Below are positions 36,533-49,855 of a stretch of DNA of 64,000 bases, in pieces. The stretch is from NCBI RefSeq assembly GCF_001194135.2, contig NC_069002.1:3757398-3821397 (forward strand), read 5' to 3'. Made by a program: the position numbers and the translations under genes. The stretch comes from Octopus bimaculoides. Its lineage: Eukaryota. The notes beneath the pieces are model-generated. The model saw only the letters and a list, made by a program, of their open reading frames with translations. It did no database searches and was not told the origin of the DNA. Numbering within the stretch: position 1 is the first letter of the stretch; each line of letters opens with the position of its first letter.

Positions 36533-36869
36533 TTAGGAAATATTACTATGCCCTGACAATCCACAGATACTCTGTATTATATATATAGATCTATATATAG
36601 AGAGAGAGATCTATATATGTGTGTATGTATGTGTGTGTATATATATAGATATATATAAATGCATGCTCTATAATGCCAAAAAACTATTAAACTTAAGGAA
36701 ATAATAACAGATCAGTTAAATGTTTTGTGTGTGTGATTCTTAATTGTTAAAAAATAGTTGGCAAACATTTTAATCAAAAAATATATATATTATCAGGAAA
36801 AAATCAAATGAATTAGCAATCGTATATAATTTGCCATTCCAAAATGGTATTTTGATGCTGCAAAGGTTT

Positions 36870-36914
<45 letters not shown>

Positions 36915-37847
36915 CAAAAGTTAATAATAAGAAGGTAAAAAAAAAAACATTACATATTCATTTAACAAATTTAAAAGACAATACAGTAATAAGGTGTGAC
37001 CATTTATTTATTATTAAATATTTGTATAATGTGTGATCAACTACCTGCACTGGTAGAAATGGAAGACTGGAATTGAGTTTCAGAATATTTTGTAATCATA
37101 TCTTGGGAATAACTGAGAAAATAAAATTATTTTACGAGCTAAATCAGATACATATCTTCTTCTGAGGCTGTGAAGGACACATACACACACAATTATACAC
37201 AGGTACACATATGTTCTGTATTGCAGTCACTCAATAGATGTACAAACAATTAGGTTCAACTAAACAGAAATTTTAATTGCCACAATAGTACAATAAATTT
37301 CTTAATACTTCCATAGGGAGAAAACTATTTGTTAATCTGTAAATACAGTTTCAGTCAAAATAATTTTGATTTTAAAATTAGTTTGTACAAGAAGCTGTAA
37401 AAAGTGAACAAAATTTTATTTAAGCTCAACAAAAAAATGCTGATTTTTTTTTTTTTTTTAAGGTGACAAAACATTTACAGAACAGTGTTGATTGAAGCAA
37501 CATTTTGTTTTAAACATTTTCAGTGATTATTATTATTATTATTATTATTTCTTGTTTCTTCTTACCACTATAACATGGCTAGATAGTTTAGCATGAATTG
37601 TGGGGGTAGGTGTTTTATTTGATTCACCTTCCATTTACTCAAATGCAGTTGTTCTCTGCTACATTATTGCCCTATATGAATTACAGCAGAGACCTCCCAT
37701 ATAAAACAGAGTTTTGATAAGGATACCGGTGTCTGTGGAATACTCAACCACTTACACATTAATGAGTGGGATTAAAACAACTGAATGTTCCTTATCAAAA
37801 CCAAGAGAAGACAGATCCATTAAATTGTTCATTGGATACTCAGTAAG

Positions 37848-37885
<38 letters not shown>

Positions 37886-37998
37886 CATCATCATCATCAT
37901 CATCATCGTTTAACGTCCGCTTTCCATGCTAGCATGGGTTGGACGATTTGACTGAGGACTGGTGAAACCGGATGGCAACACCAGGCTCCAATCTAATT
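37886..37998 (-). mobile_element. Young RTE LINE 3' end (family D), truncated by gap
   Basis: (CAT)n then TCGTTTAACGTCCGCTTTCCATGCTAGCATGGGTTGGACG..., identical over about 80 nt to the copies at 46921 and 50937. Confidence 0.8.
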
Positions 37999-40046
37999 NN
38001 NNNNNNNNNNNNNNNNNNNNNNNNNNNNNNNNNNNNNNNNNNNNNNNNNNNNNNNNNNNNNNNNNNNNNNNNNNNNNNNNNNNNNNNNNNNNNNNNNNNN
38101 NNNNNNNNNNNNNNNNNNNNNNNNNNNNNNNNNNNNNNNNNNNNNNNNNNNNNNNNNNNNNNNNNNNNNNNNNNNNNNNNNNNNNNNNNNNNNNNNNNNN
38201 NNNNNNNNNNNNNNNNNNNNNNNNNNNNNNNNNNNNNNNNNNNNNNNNNNNNNNNNNNNNNNNNNNNNNNNNNNNNNNNNNNNNNNNNNNNNNNNNNNNN
38301 NNNNNNNNNNNNNNNNNNNNNNATATATATATATATATATATATATAGTGAAGTATATTTGCCATTTAAATGTGGCTGACCCCTATACTTTTATTTATTT
38401 CAGTCATTTGACTGCAGCCATGCTGGAGCCATGCTGGAGCACTGCCTTTAGTCGAACAAATCGACTCCAGGACTTATTCTTTGTAAGCCTGGTACTTATT
38501 CTATCGCTCTCTTTTATATATATATTATAAGTAATGCTTAGGGTATAGATGCATTCATTAAGATGGCACACTTTCTACTATTTCGATGCCTCAAGTCTCA
38601 AACCATACAAGGAACTAAATAGCAGTAATATACTGGGGTCCAGTTGGATCTCTTTATTCCATTTCCGCCTTCTCAGAAGCCATTTCTATGATTCTCAGTT
38701 GAAATGGTTTGACATAGAGCTAATGTTTAAAAGAAAAGACATACTAGATACACCATCAACTACTACTCTCCTGAAATGAATAAAACCCCCAATGATGTTG
38801 AAATCAAAGAGATCGTTATGTACACATTTCATTCATTCCTAATTAATCTATTCAGCACCTCAGCTTCTCTCCCCATCACCTTATTTCTGCTTCTGTTCAT
38901 GGTTGAAATAAAGGTGGGAGGAGGAGATGTGCGAGTTTGCCATAATAAAAGTGTCCACTGCAGGCATTACTCAGAGAAATTATGAGGAAAAAATAAAATA
39001 ATTTAACAGGCCCTTAATAGGATATTTGGCCCTTAATAGGATGGGATATTGGTTAATGCTTTGCCCTTGATATTTCTCATCAAGTAATTTATACCTCATG
39101 ATGATGAAGATGTGATTGTTTATGATAACTCAGTACACCTGTACCAGATGGTTGTAGACCATTTCTACGGTTGACTGCCTGATTCTTACTACTACGAATT
39201 ACTCAGCTGTGTAGTTAGCGAACCGTTTGTGCCCTAACTACCAGGGCACACTCATCTATGAAACAGGGGACTGTTGGATACATCTGTAGATCACTCATAA
39301 TGTGAAGTAGCAGTTTGTTTGACTCTGTCTGCTGTGGTAGACCTAATTGTGAAATAGGAGACTGCCTGATCCCCTTACTTCCATTTGTGAAATAGGGTTA
39401 TCTGACCCTTATTGAAGAACGTCCAGACAAATAAGTTTATGATGTGACTTGATCAGTGACACGACACCATGGCTGGGGTAATTGTAGCAATGAAATTAAT
39501 AGTCCACTATTATAACCTCATAACCATTGTGTTTCAGTGTTGGCCTTATTAATTTACAGTTGTTAATTATCTGAATTTAACAATTTTTCTGTCAGCCTTC
39601 CTTTCTTTTTTTTTTTTTTTTTTTTTTTTTTTTGTTTGGTTCTGTGAGAAACATTAGAAAGAACATGGAGGAATTTAAGCAAGGATGGTTCCAGAGTCTG
39701 TTTTAACAAGTTCTCCTTTCTGTCACAGAGAACGGTGTATGAGGTGTTAAAGACCAACAATCTTAATTAGTTTGTAGTTACATGTACTTAGTTGAACATC
39801 ATTAAGTTTAATAATTAGTAGGAGGAAGAGAGGAGGGGGAAAGACAAAAGCAGCAAAAAAAAAAATATTCTGTTAATTTTGTTAATGAGTTGTTTAAGAT
39901 TGTGAAACACTGGGTGAAGTGGAAGTGGTAACTGGGATAACAAACAGGGTCGAGTTAGTGAAGTTAGTGTACTTGAAACACAGAAAGTACCCAGACTGAT
40001 GCAGTTATATAGAGCAAGTATGTATGTATGTACATGTGGTGTTTTA

Positions 40047-40087
<41 letters not shown>

Positions 40088-40731
40088 GAGAGAGCAAGCA
40101 TAAGAAAGGAAGAAACAGATAGCAAGCAGGAGGACAAGGGAAAATTTTAAAAAATTAAAAAACAGCATTTAGATAAAAGATTTATCATTATATATTTTTT
40201 CCACTTTTATCTTTTTTTTTTTGTTTTGTTTTGTTTTTTTAACAAACCAAACATTAACAAAAAAAAATTAAAACAAAAACAAAAAAATAATAGTAATAAT
40301 GTTCCGTCAGCAAAAACACGTCAGTATTTCAAAGTTTTCAAATGCTNNNNNNNNNNNNNNNNNNNNNNNNNNNNNNNNNNNNNNNNNNNNNNNNNNNNNN
40401 NNNNNNNNNNNNNNNNNNNNNNNNNNNNNNNNNNNNNNNNNNNNNNNNNNNNNNNNNNNNNNNNNNNNNNNNNNNNNNNNNNNNNNNNNNNNNNNNNNNN
40501 NNNNNNNNNNNNNNNNNNNNNNNNNNNNNNNNNNNNNNNNNNNNNNNNNNNNNNNNNNNNNNNNNNNNNNNNNNNNNNNNNNNNNNNNNNNNNNNNNNNN
40601 NNNNNNNNNNNNNNNNNNNNNNNNNNNNNNNNNNNNNNNNNNNNNNNNNNNNNNNNNNNNNNNNNNNNNNNNNNNNNNNNNNNNNNNNNNNNNNNNNNNN
40701 NNNNNNNNNNNNNNNNNNNNNNNNNNNNNNN

Positions 40732-40746
40732 GAGGAGGGGGAGTCA
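40732..40746 (-). CDS. TAB2: TAB2/3-like exon 6, 5' edge only (T|TG ACT CCC CCT CCT = LTPPP), running into N-gap
   Basis: Strong acceptor tattttctgttgcAG at 40747-40748. Phase 1 matches the exon 5 donor, and the Pro-rich run sits where vertebrate TAB2 has VPPKP before the NZF. Confidence 0.6.
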
Positions 40747-40762
40747 CTGCAACAGAAAATAG

Positions 40763-40814
<52 letters not shown>

Positions 40815-42133
40815 GGTGTGACAATACACACAAACACATGCACATATTTAGATATACACACACACACGCACACACAGATATGTGCGCATGTATACATACG
40901 TATATATAGATATATATATATACACATACATGTGTACATCTCCTATACATTTATACATACATTAACCAAATATACACACACATAGATGTGCACATCTGTA
41001 CATACATAAATATACACATTCGTATATTTATTCATGCACATCTGCAATGGACAAGGAATAGTGTATGCATGCAGAATATATGAATATATATATATATACA
41101 CACACACCTTCCCATATATCCCCATATATACATATACGTACAGGCTGTGACCACAGAATGGTAAGAATGATAAGAAATTGTAAATCAATATGCAAAGGCA
41201 AAATAGGACACAAGTGACCTCCCGACTATGTAATCACATAGCCTGCTCAACATAGTAGCTGCCAATTCCCTTGTAAACACTTTTGTGGCTAAATCTTATG
41301 AAATAATCTTTAATCTTAATGACTTGTAGTGATACGGTATTTCGTTATGCAACCAGGAACTGCAACTGACAGACAACATTAGCAATGGAAACACAGCTCC
41401 TAGGTCTAATTAGAAGATTCGCTCCAGTGAGTCACTTCAAATCAAGCCACAAATTCTCCACATAGAGAAGTTACAGCTCTGATACGACAGGTATGTGAAT
41501 TAGAATATTTAAGTGTTCAGCCTTCAGATTAGCCAATCAAATGTAATGCTTATACAGTCACATTGTTTTGAATTGATTGTGCATTATCTTGTAGCCTCAA
41601 GATTTTGATGATAAGTTTATTTTTAAAATGACATTGTAGGGTAGGTGCGAGAGGTAGAATCTGGTTGGGTTGAAAATAAAACCCAGTGGAATATTTTGGC
41701 CAGAAACGGCCAGTTTAAATGATGAAGGATTAAAGAAGAAATCACAAGATAGAATTTACGAACAAGGACAACAGACTGGAGAGATAGTGGTTAACCATAG
41801 ACAAGATGATTAGATTAATATCTCTAACTTTGATCTAATCAGAACATGTACTGGTGATTGCTTCAAATAGTACTCTTTGGAGGCTCTACTTCAACAACCC
41901 TCATACAAAGAGTGGGCTATGAAGATGGTTGGCTGGAAGAAAAGGCAAAGGGAAAGACTAACAGAGATATGTATTTCTGGTGGGTGGGCACGAAGGGATT
42001 AAAAAAAAAGATTTTGTAACAAAGATCCTCTGCTTATAAATTTTAGAATGGGGAGAAGAAGCCATCCAAACAAGAGACTGAAACAAAATAGTGAAAAAAA
42101 GTATGAAACATAATCCTAAGTTAAACCACTTAC

Positions 42134-42223
42134 ATTCTCGAGCAAATAAAGATCCGCTCTGACCAGTGTTCATATTCTTATAGAAGTTCTGTTGTTCTAA
42201 AGGATCAAGTACTCCAATGGGTG
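42134..42223 (-). CDS. TAB2: TAB2/3-like coding exon 5 (PIGVLDPLEQQNFYKNMNTGQSGSLFARE)
   Basis: Acceptor ttttaacAG, donor T|GTAAGT, 90 nt, phase 1->1. NFYxN motif as in TAB2 (NFYDNI). Confidence 0.8.
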
Positions 42224-44235
42224 CTGTTAAAAGAAACAGAGTGTGAGTGTTAATCACATCAGGAGTATTTCGAAAGTTACATAGATATGCACAAGCAACT
42301 ATAACAGGTAATAACTATACCAAAACTGTAACTAAACAATCACTGAATTGTTAATTAGATAAGTTGTTTACTATAATCAATGTAATTGCCAAGTTTATAT
42401 TTGAGAACGATATATTTGCCACCTGGGAGCATCTTAACAGAAGAAACAAGTACAGAACCCAAAATGTATATGAACATCACAATTCCATGACATTAAAGAA
42501 CAGATAAAGAAATAAACATGCACACACACAACCACATCATCATAACCATCATTATCCTAATGTCCTCTTTTCCATACTTTTGCATGGCTCAAATGGAGTT
42601 TATTGAGGTAGATTTTCTATGGTCAGACGTACATGTATGCATGCATGTATGTATATATATATATATATATATATATAGTTATAGTTGGACCTGCAGAAGA
42701 TTTGTCCTTTGACTTTGAAATATTAGAAATAGGAAACTGAACGAAAAGTAATGGAAATTCCTGGCAGCAGGCAAAACAGGCAACATGAAATAAAAACAAA
42801 GGTAAACGAACACACACACACACACATATGTGTGTACAACAGGCTTCTTTCAGTTTCCATCTACCAAATCTATTCACAAGGCTTTCGTTGGTCTGAGGCT
42901 ACAGTAGAAGATGCTCAAGGTGCCATACAGTGGGCCTGAACCCAAGACCACATGCTTGGGGAAGCAAGCTTTTTAACCACACAGCCATGTCTGTACTTGG
43001 GGAAAAAGGAAAAGAAAAGAACAGCAGCACATCCTTATGTGCCTTAGAACATCTCAAGAAATTGTCATAACATCTCAAGAAATGCATAGGATTAGAAACG
43101 AACTTCTTCAGGAAGCTGAACTACAGAAATATTTATGTATGTAATGCCTGACGACAGAATTCAGACGACAAGTTTTATTATACAACACTTCTCTGTAAAC
43201 AATATTTCCAGTTAATCCTATGTTATTATTATACCACAGGACTATCAACACACACACACACACTTTGCTATAACCAGTTAGAAACAGGATGTATAACCTG
43301 ACGTACACACAGCTTTCACTGTTATTTTGAAATATTTGTGGTATATTTCAAGGTTGTTCTGGCATTCAGTTGTCCACAAAAGAAGCAGTATATAATAGAT
43401 TGGTTTTGATGCTTCTCAATAAATATGACAAAAATAAAGCCTGGTAGGATATATATTTGTCTTCAGAAATGATAGAGATTTACGACATTTCCCTACTCCT
43501 TTGGCGATATACTATGCTTGTGTAGACCTGTCAAGCCAAGTGAGATCATGGTCATGGCTGATGCCGGTGTCACGTCAATGGTACCTGTGCCATGGCAGGT
43601 TAAAAGCATCCACTACACTCTTGGAGTGGTTGGCATTAGGAGGGGCATCCAGACGTAGAAACCTTGCCAAATTAGATTGGAACCTGGTGCAGCTCCCTGG
43701 CTTACCAGTTTTCAGTCAAACCATCCAACCCATGCCAGCAGGGAAAGCAGACGTTAAACGATGATGATGTGTCTCTTTTANNNNNNNNNNNNNNNNNNNN
43801 NNNNNNNNNNNNNNNNNNNNNNNNNNNNNNNNNNNNNNNNNNNNNNNNNNNNNNNNNNNNNNNNNNNNNNNNNNNNNNNNNNNNNNNNNNNNNNNNNNNN
43901 NNNNNNNNNNNNNNNNNNNNNNNNNNNNNNNNNNNNNNNNNNNNNNNNNNNNNNNNNNNNNNNNNNNNNNNNNNNNNNNNNNNNNNNNNNNNNNNNNNNN
44001 NNNNNNNNNNNNNNNNNNNNNNNNNNNNNNNNNNNNNNNNNNNNNNNNNNNNNNNNNNNNNNNNNNNNNNNNNNNNNNNNNNNNNNNNNNNNNNNNNNNN
44101 NNNNNNNNNNNNNNNNNNNNNNNNNNNNNNNNNNNNNNNNNNNNNNNNNNNNNNNNNNNNNNNNNNNNNNNNNNNNNNNNNNNNNNNNNNNNNNNNNNNN
44201 NNNNNNNNNNNNNNNNNNNNNNNNNNNNNNNNNNN

Positions 44236-44279
<44 letters not shown>

Positions 44280-44330
44280 ACTATCACTCACACATAATTA
44301 TATTTATAAAAACTTAAAGAAATGACCTAC

Positions 44331-44406
44331 TTTGTCCATTGTTGTGAGCGTCGAGTTCCTTCAGCATACCTTCTATTTCAGCTTGTATTTTATAAAAGTC
44401 AGCAGG
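44331..44406 (-). CDS. TAB2: TAB2/3-like coding exon 4 (PADFYKIQAEIEGMLKELDAHNNGQ); absent from the ORF track
   Basis: Acceptor atttaccAG, donor A|GTAGGT, 76 nt, phase 0->1. Heptad pattern resembles TAB2 IDIDCLTKEID. Confidence 0.75.
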
Positions 44407-46920
44407 CTGGTAAATACAAAAGCGGTGAGAAACCAGATTAAATTTACACATATTTGCATGTTTGTATCAAAGATTCTCAAAGCTGACTTCAGACAAACTA
44501 AGGTTTCTCAGAAACCTGGTTTGGAAAAGTTCTTTCACATTTTGCTATAAGATATTTATTTCACTATCGCAAGAAATGTCAGCTAACCAGCTATGAAATA
44601 TATGAAGTTGAGTCATTTGTATGTTGCTGTTGTTTAGAGTCAAGCCCTTACTATCTCGTCATTTATTCAACTTAAAATGGCTATGATTATTTTATAATCC
44701 AATGTATCATTCCTTTTATTTTAAAGGCAATATAGTGAGGTCCGAGGACGATTTAGTTGCTACTTCTAGCAAATCAAAACAACCACATGGAGGCTCCTTT
44801 GAACAAGTCTTAATCGTTCAGTGAGGCACTCTCTAATAGGCAGAGTTAGCTCCCTTCCAGAAACGCAACTCGACACCCACTCACCCTCACCACCCACACT
44901 AAATCAAGAAAGCGTCTATTATTAGTCATGGGAGAACTGTAGGCCATGGGACTTTCTGAGTGGCACATCTAATTTCACAAGGAAAATAGCATTTATTAAA
45001 ATTCTTCTGTAGTGCAGTCTGCCTGATAATGAATCATGTTTCATGCAGCCTCTTTCTCAAATAGGTTGCCCATGCTTAATCTATAGAGAGGTTTCACTAC
45101 ATAGTCAATCAACCTGCTAGAAATGGCAACCAAACCTCGCTCACATCTTTAAAAAATGTGAAGGCTGCTATAACTGAATGGCTAGCAGTCACCCAGTTAT
45201 GACCATGTGGTGACTTGCTATAACCATGTGATCAGTGGTCAGCAAATTAGAACCATGTGGTCAGCAGTCAACCAACCAGGACCATGTGATCAGTAGTCCA
45301 GCATCTATGAACACATGGTCAATAATAATCCAACTATGATTATGAGGTCAACAGCCCTTTACTGTGACCAAATGGATGCCCTTCCTAACGCCAACCACTC
45401 CGAGAGTGTCGTGGGTGTTCTACGTGCCACCGGCACGAGGGCCAGTCAGGCGGTACTGGCGACGGCCACGCTCGAAATGGTGTATTTTACGTGCCACCTG
45501 CACAGGAGCCAGTCCATCGATTGTCAGGCAGTGGTGGGAGACAAGCACAGACACAAAAACACGAAGAGCTTTTTTCCAGTTTGTCCACAAAAGCCACTCT
45601 CAAGACTTAGATCAGCCCAAGACTGTTGCTCAAGGTACCATGCAGTGGGACTGAACCCAGTTCCGTGTGGTTGGGAAGCAAACTTCTTACCACGCAGCCA
45701 TGCCCGCTCCTACAGAAAGGCACACCCGAAGAATTTAGAAAAACAACTTTGTCGCCATAAAGCCGGTGTTTGGAACATAATTTAACATGACATTTTGGTG
45801 GTAGTTTTTTTATTTTAGATCATTTTAAAACAGGAAGTGTATATCAAAGGACCAAGGATAGTCTGTCCCAGGCCGTCTGGCATCAAAGGGTCAGATGTAG
45901 TTGAGGGAGGGGAACGTAACATCTCTTGTGATACATGTTCAATAGTTCAGTAATTGAATCATAAATTATTATCACTATAGAACTGAATGGGGGGGGGGGG
46001 TAGTAGTAGCAGACAATGAACATAGAGAGCATAGTAGGAGAAGGAAATGGAAAAGAGAGAGGAAGAAGAAACGTGAGAGGGAAAGAGAGAGAGGAGACAG
46101 AGACAGAGAGAAATGAGGGAAGGTGAGAGATAAAAAGACGCAATGTTAAAGAGTACACCACCTGGAAAATATCTGAGTTTTGAGCTAAAAATAAAAAAGG
46201 TAGGATTAGATAATTAGACCAAACTGTTTGACTGTTTATCATTGTGAACAGTTATATAGATGTATCTAGTTACACCACTAAACATGAATCTGAACACTGG
46301 TTTAACCTCGAGCCAGCATGGAAACCTCAATGCGGTAAAAATAGCAGCCAAATCTCTTTTGTATCACAAACTACTGTCTTAAAAAAGAAAACAGAGCAAG
46401 AGGATGGTACCCATTGCGATTTCTAGAATAGGGCACCAGGCCAGAAATTTATGGAGGGAGTAGCTGTTGGTTAAATCAACCCTAGTACTTTGTTGGTACT
46501 TTATTTTATTGATCCTGGCCTCCACCCCTACTCACCTACCAGCACCACCATATGGTTGAAAGGTAAATTTGGGAGGATTTAGTCTCAAAATATGAAGGAA
46601 CATAACCAAAAATCACAAGACATTTCATCTGATAATCTAATGCAACACTTTTCAAGGCAGGATCTCATGCCGTACCGGCAAGGCATGGCAATATTTTGGT
46701 GGGTTGTAGGACTTCAGAAGGGGACATGTAAATAAAGCTTGCAATAAAGTTTTAATTAAAACTCCTTTTAACTACACACACACACACACACAATGGGCTT
46801 TTTTCAGTTACTGTTTCCTGAATCCACTCGAGTTTTTGGCTGACCTGAGCCCATAATAGAAGATACTTGCCTAAAGTGTTACATAGTGAGAACTTCCTTC
46901 ATTCATGTTGGGATGCATAT

Positions 46921-47085
46921 CATCATCATCATCATCATCATCGTTTAACGTCCGCTTTCCATGCTAGCATGGGTTGGACGATTTGACTGAGGACTGGTGA
47001 AACCGGATGGCAACACCAGGCTCCAGTCTGATTTGGCAGAGTTTCTACAGCTGGATGCCCTTCCTAACGCCAACCACTCAGAGAG
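46921..47085 (-). mobile_element. Young RTE LINE 3' end (family D)
   Basis: Same (CAT)n-tailed sequence as at 37886 and 50937. Confidence 0.8.
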
Positions 47086-47263
47086 CATAGTATAAAGATA
47101 ATTGCTCTAATGAGTCTGCCAATCCATGTCATTTATAATAAACAATAGCATATCAAGAAGGAACTTCCGCATTCATCACAGCAAGCTGAAGTGTATAGTA
47201 TGATGCTCAACTAAGTGGAAGTCTGATGATGTAAGTGGGACACAGCTAGTGGTTCAAACCATC

Positions 47264-47574
47264 TATTAGGTTGTCCAGGAAGTTCTGAGCGTTTTTAAGC
47301 TAAATCTTTTAATGCTTCATTGAACATACCTGAAACCTAACACAGTTAAAACTTTGGTGTTGCTTGAAGTGGTAGTGCAGCTCTTCTTTGTTCCCGACTA
47401 AAAATGGATTTATCTTTCATTCCGGTTTCCCTTTGTTGACATTTGAAATGGGTAACCAAAAATTTCATATTTGCATTGTAATACTTTTCTTTTTAAAAAA
47501 GGAGAAAATGCTGCAAAGACTTGCAGAAACATTTGTGAAATTTATGGTGATGATGATGCTGTAGGTGAATCAAC
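47264..47574 (+). mobile_element. Mariner (Tc1/mariner) 5' end running into gap
   Basis: TA-TTAGGTTGTCCAGGAAGTT TIR-like start, followed by a transposase N-terminal HTH-like sequence (FLFKKGENAAKTCRNICEIYGDDDAVGES). Confidence 0.75.
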
Positions 47575-48374
47575 NNNNNNNNNNNNNNNNNNNNNNNNNN
47601 NNNNNNNNNNNNNNNNNNNNNNNNNNNNNNNNNNNNNNNNNNNNNNNNNNNNNNNNNNNNNNNNNNNNNNNNNNNNNNNNNNNNNNNNNNNNNNNNNNNN
47701 NNNNNNNNNNNNNNNNNNNNNNNNNNNNNNNNNNNNNNNNNNNNNNNNNNNNNNNNNNNNNNNNNNNNNNNNNNNNNNNNNNNNNNNNNNNNNNNNNNNN
47801 NNNNNNNNNNNNNNNNNNNNNNNNNNNNNNNNNNNNNNNNNNNNNNNNNNNNNNNNNNNNNNNNNNNNNNNNNNNNNNNNNNNNNNNNNNNNNNNNNNNN
47901 NNNNNNNNNNNNNNNNNNNNNNNNNNNNNNNNNNNNNNNNNNNNNNNNNNNNNNNNNNNNNNNNNNNNNNNNNNNNNNNNNNNNNNNNNNNNNNNNNNNN
48001 NNNNNNNNNNNNNNNNNNNNNNNNNNNNNNNNNNNNNNNNNNNNNNNNNNNNNNNNNNNNNNNNNNNNNNNNNNNNNNNNNNNNNNNNNNNNNNNNNNNN
48101 NNNNNNNNNNNNNNNNNNNNNNNNNNNNNNNNNNNNNNNNNNNNNNNNNNNNNNNNNNNNNNNNNNNNNNNNNNNNNNNNNNNNNNNNNNNNNNNNNNNN
48201 NNNNNNNNNNNNNNNNNNNNNNNNNNNNNNNNNNNNNTAACTCCAAGCTCTCGGCTTCTTTGAGTTAAAGGGGTTTTTGGGTCATGACCTATAATGGCCA
48301 GCCCATATATAAATCTGGCCCTGGGACAGACCTAGGGTTAAACAACAGTAACAATAATAAACAGAGTAACTTAC

Positions 48375-48508
48375 AGTTGGTATGTTCTGTTCTTTCTTGT
48401 TTCTCTGAATCGCTTCAATTTCAGAAGATAATTCTTGAGTTGTCTTTATTAGATTATTGTAGTCTTCTGATAGTTTCTCATATCTCTGATGCTGGTGGTT
48501 TAATAAAG
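48375..48508 (-). CDS. TAB2: TAB2/3-like coding exon 3 (LLNHQHQRYEKL...QNIPT), coiled coil
   Basis: Acceptor ttttttgcAG, donor ACT|GTAAGT, 134 nt. Spliced to exon 2 it gives DDQAYTK-A-LLNHQ, matching TAB2 DDxAYTQALLVHQ. Confidence 0.88.
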
Positions 48509-49224
48509 CTGCAAAAAAAAAAGTTTTTTTTAAAATTAAAAATGCCATAATTTTTCATTTCATTTTTCATTCTGCCATATTTTAACAACAATAGTATCAA
48601 ACAATTTTCCTTCATCAACATAACCTTCAATAATATTATCATTATTTTAACCATCACCACCATCATCATCATCATCATTGGATAAAATGCTGCTAAGCAT
48701 TTTGTCTGTCTTAGCGTTCTGAGTTCAAACTTTGCTGAGGTCGGTTTCGCCTTTCATCCTTTTTGGGATCGATAAAATAACTATCAGTTGAACACTGGGG
48801 TCAATGGTAACACATGTGTCAACCCCAGTGTTCAGTGGTACTAACTTTATTGACCCTGAAAGAATGAAAAGCAAAGTCAACCTCGATAGAATTTAAATTA
48901 AGAACATCAAGAGCCAGAAGATAAGCCATCAGACATTTTATCTGGAGTGCTAATTAATTATTTTGCCAGATCACTGCCTTAATGATGAAGATGATAATGA
49001 TTCGTAACCTTGAGACAGCTCACAAATTTTGACGACAGGCAGTGAATATAATTGATTCCAGCAATCTACATACATATACATAACACTAATAGACAAGTAC
49101 ATATATACACACAAAAATATATGTGCTGCATAGGAAGGATGTGTGTGTGTTTGTGTGTGTGTAAATAATTGCTAGTATTTATATAACTTATGTATATATA
49201 TAGGTAGGTATGTATGTATGCATG

Positions 49225-49270
<46 letters not shown>

Positions 49271-49272
49271 GA

Positions 49273-49635
49273 GGCAAAGGAGTGGCTGTGTGGTAAGTAG
49301 CTTGCTTACCAACCACATGGTTCCAGGTTCAGTCCCACTGCATGGCACCACGGGCAAGTGTCTTCCATTATAGCCTTGGGCTGACCAAAACCTTTTGAGT
49401 GGATTTGGTAGATGGAAACTGAAAGAAGCCCGTCATATTTATATATGTATGTGTGTGTCTTTGTTTGTCCCCCACACCATCACTTGACAACCGATGTTGG
49501 TGTGTTGACGTCCTCGTAATTTAGCAGTTTGGCAAAAGGGACCGATAGAATAAGAACTAGGNNNNNNNNNNTTTGTTCGACTAAAGACGGTGCTCCAGCA
49601 TGGCTGCAGTCAAATGACTGGAACAAATAAACAAG
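49273..49635 (+). mobile_element. SINE family A, full length
   Basis: Head GGAGTGGCTGTGTGGTAAGTAGC and tail GGTGCTCCAGCATGGCTGCAGTCAAATGACTG. Confidence 0.85.
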
Positions 49636-49805
49636 TGTGTGTGTGTGTGTGTATAGATAGAGAGAGAGAGAAGAGAGAGAGAGAAGGGGGGGAGAGACTA
49701 GATTCCAATTGCATAGGACTATACATTACACCCCTATGTATTGGTTTACCATGTTGCCTGATATCCACTAAAGGACCTTTTGTGATTACCACGGGATTAG
49801 ATAAA

Positions 49806-49855
<50 letters not shown>

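Noticed and set aside
38549-39560. Additional TAB2 exons or an NZF in the unique sequence below the gap
   Set aside because: All minus-strand frames I translated close quickly and lack the Cys pattern. It is more likely 3'UTR or intergenic.
45195-45320. Repeat-spacer pattern as a CRISPR or similar memory array
   Set aside because: The conserved core is only 8 bp and the spacers resemble each other, consistent with decayed tandem duplication.
45315-45785. 156-aa ORF
   Set aside because: It is stitched from an RTE 3'UTR piece and a reverse SINE A copy, and similar peptides recur at other repeat copies.
47220-47262. CTGATGA-containing hammerhead candidate
   Set aside because: There is no GAAA box (it reads CAAAC) and no convincing stems.
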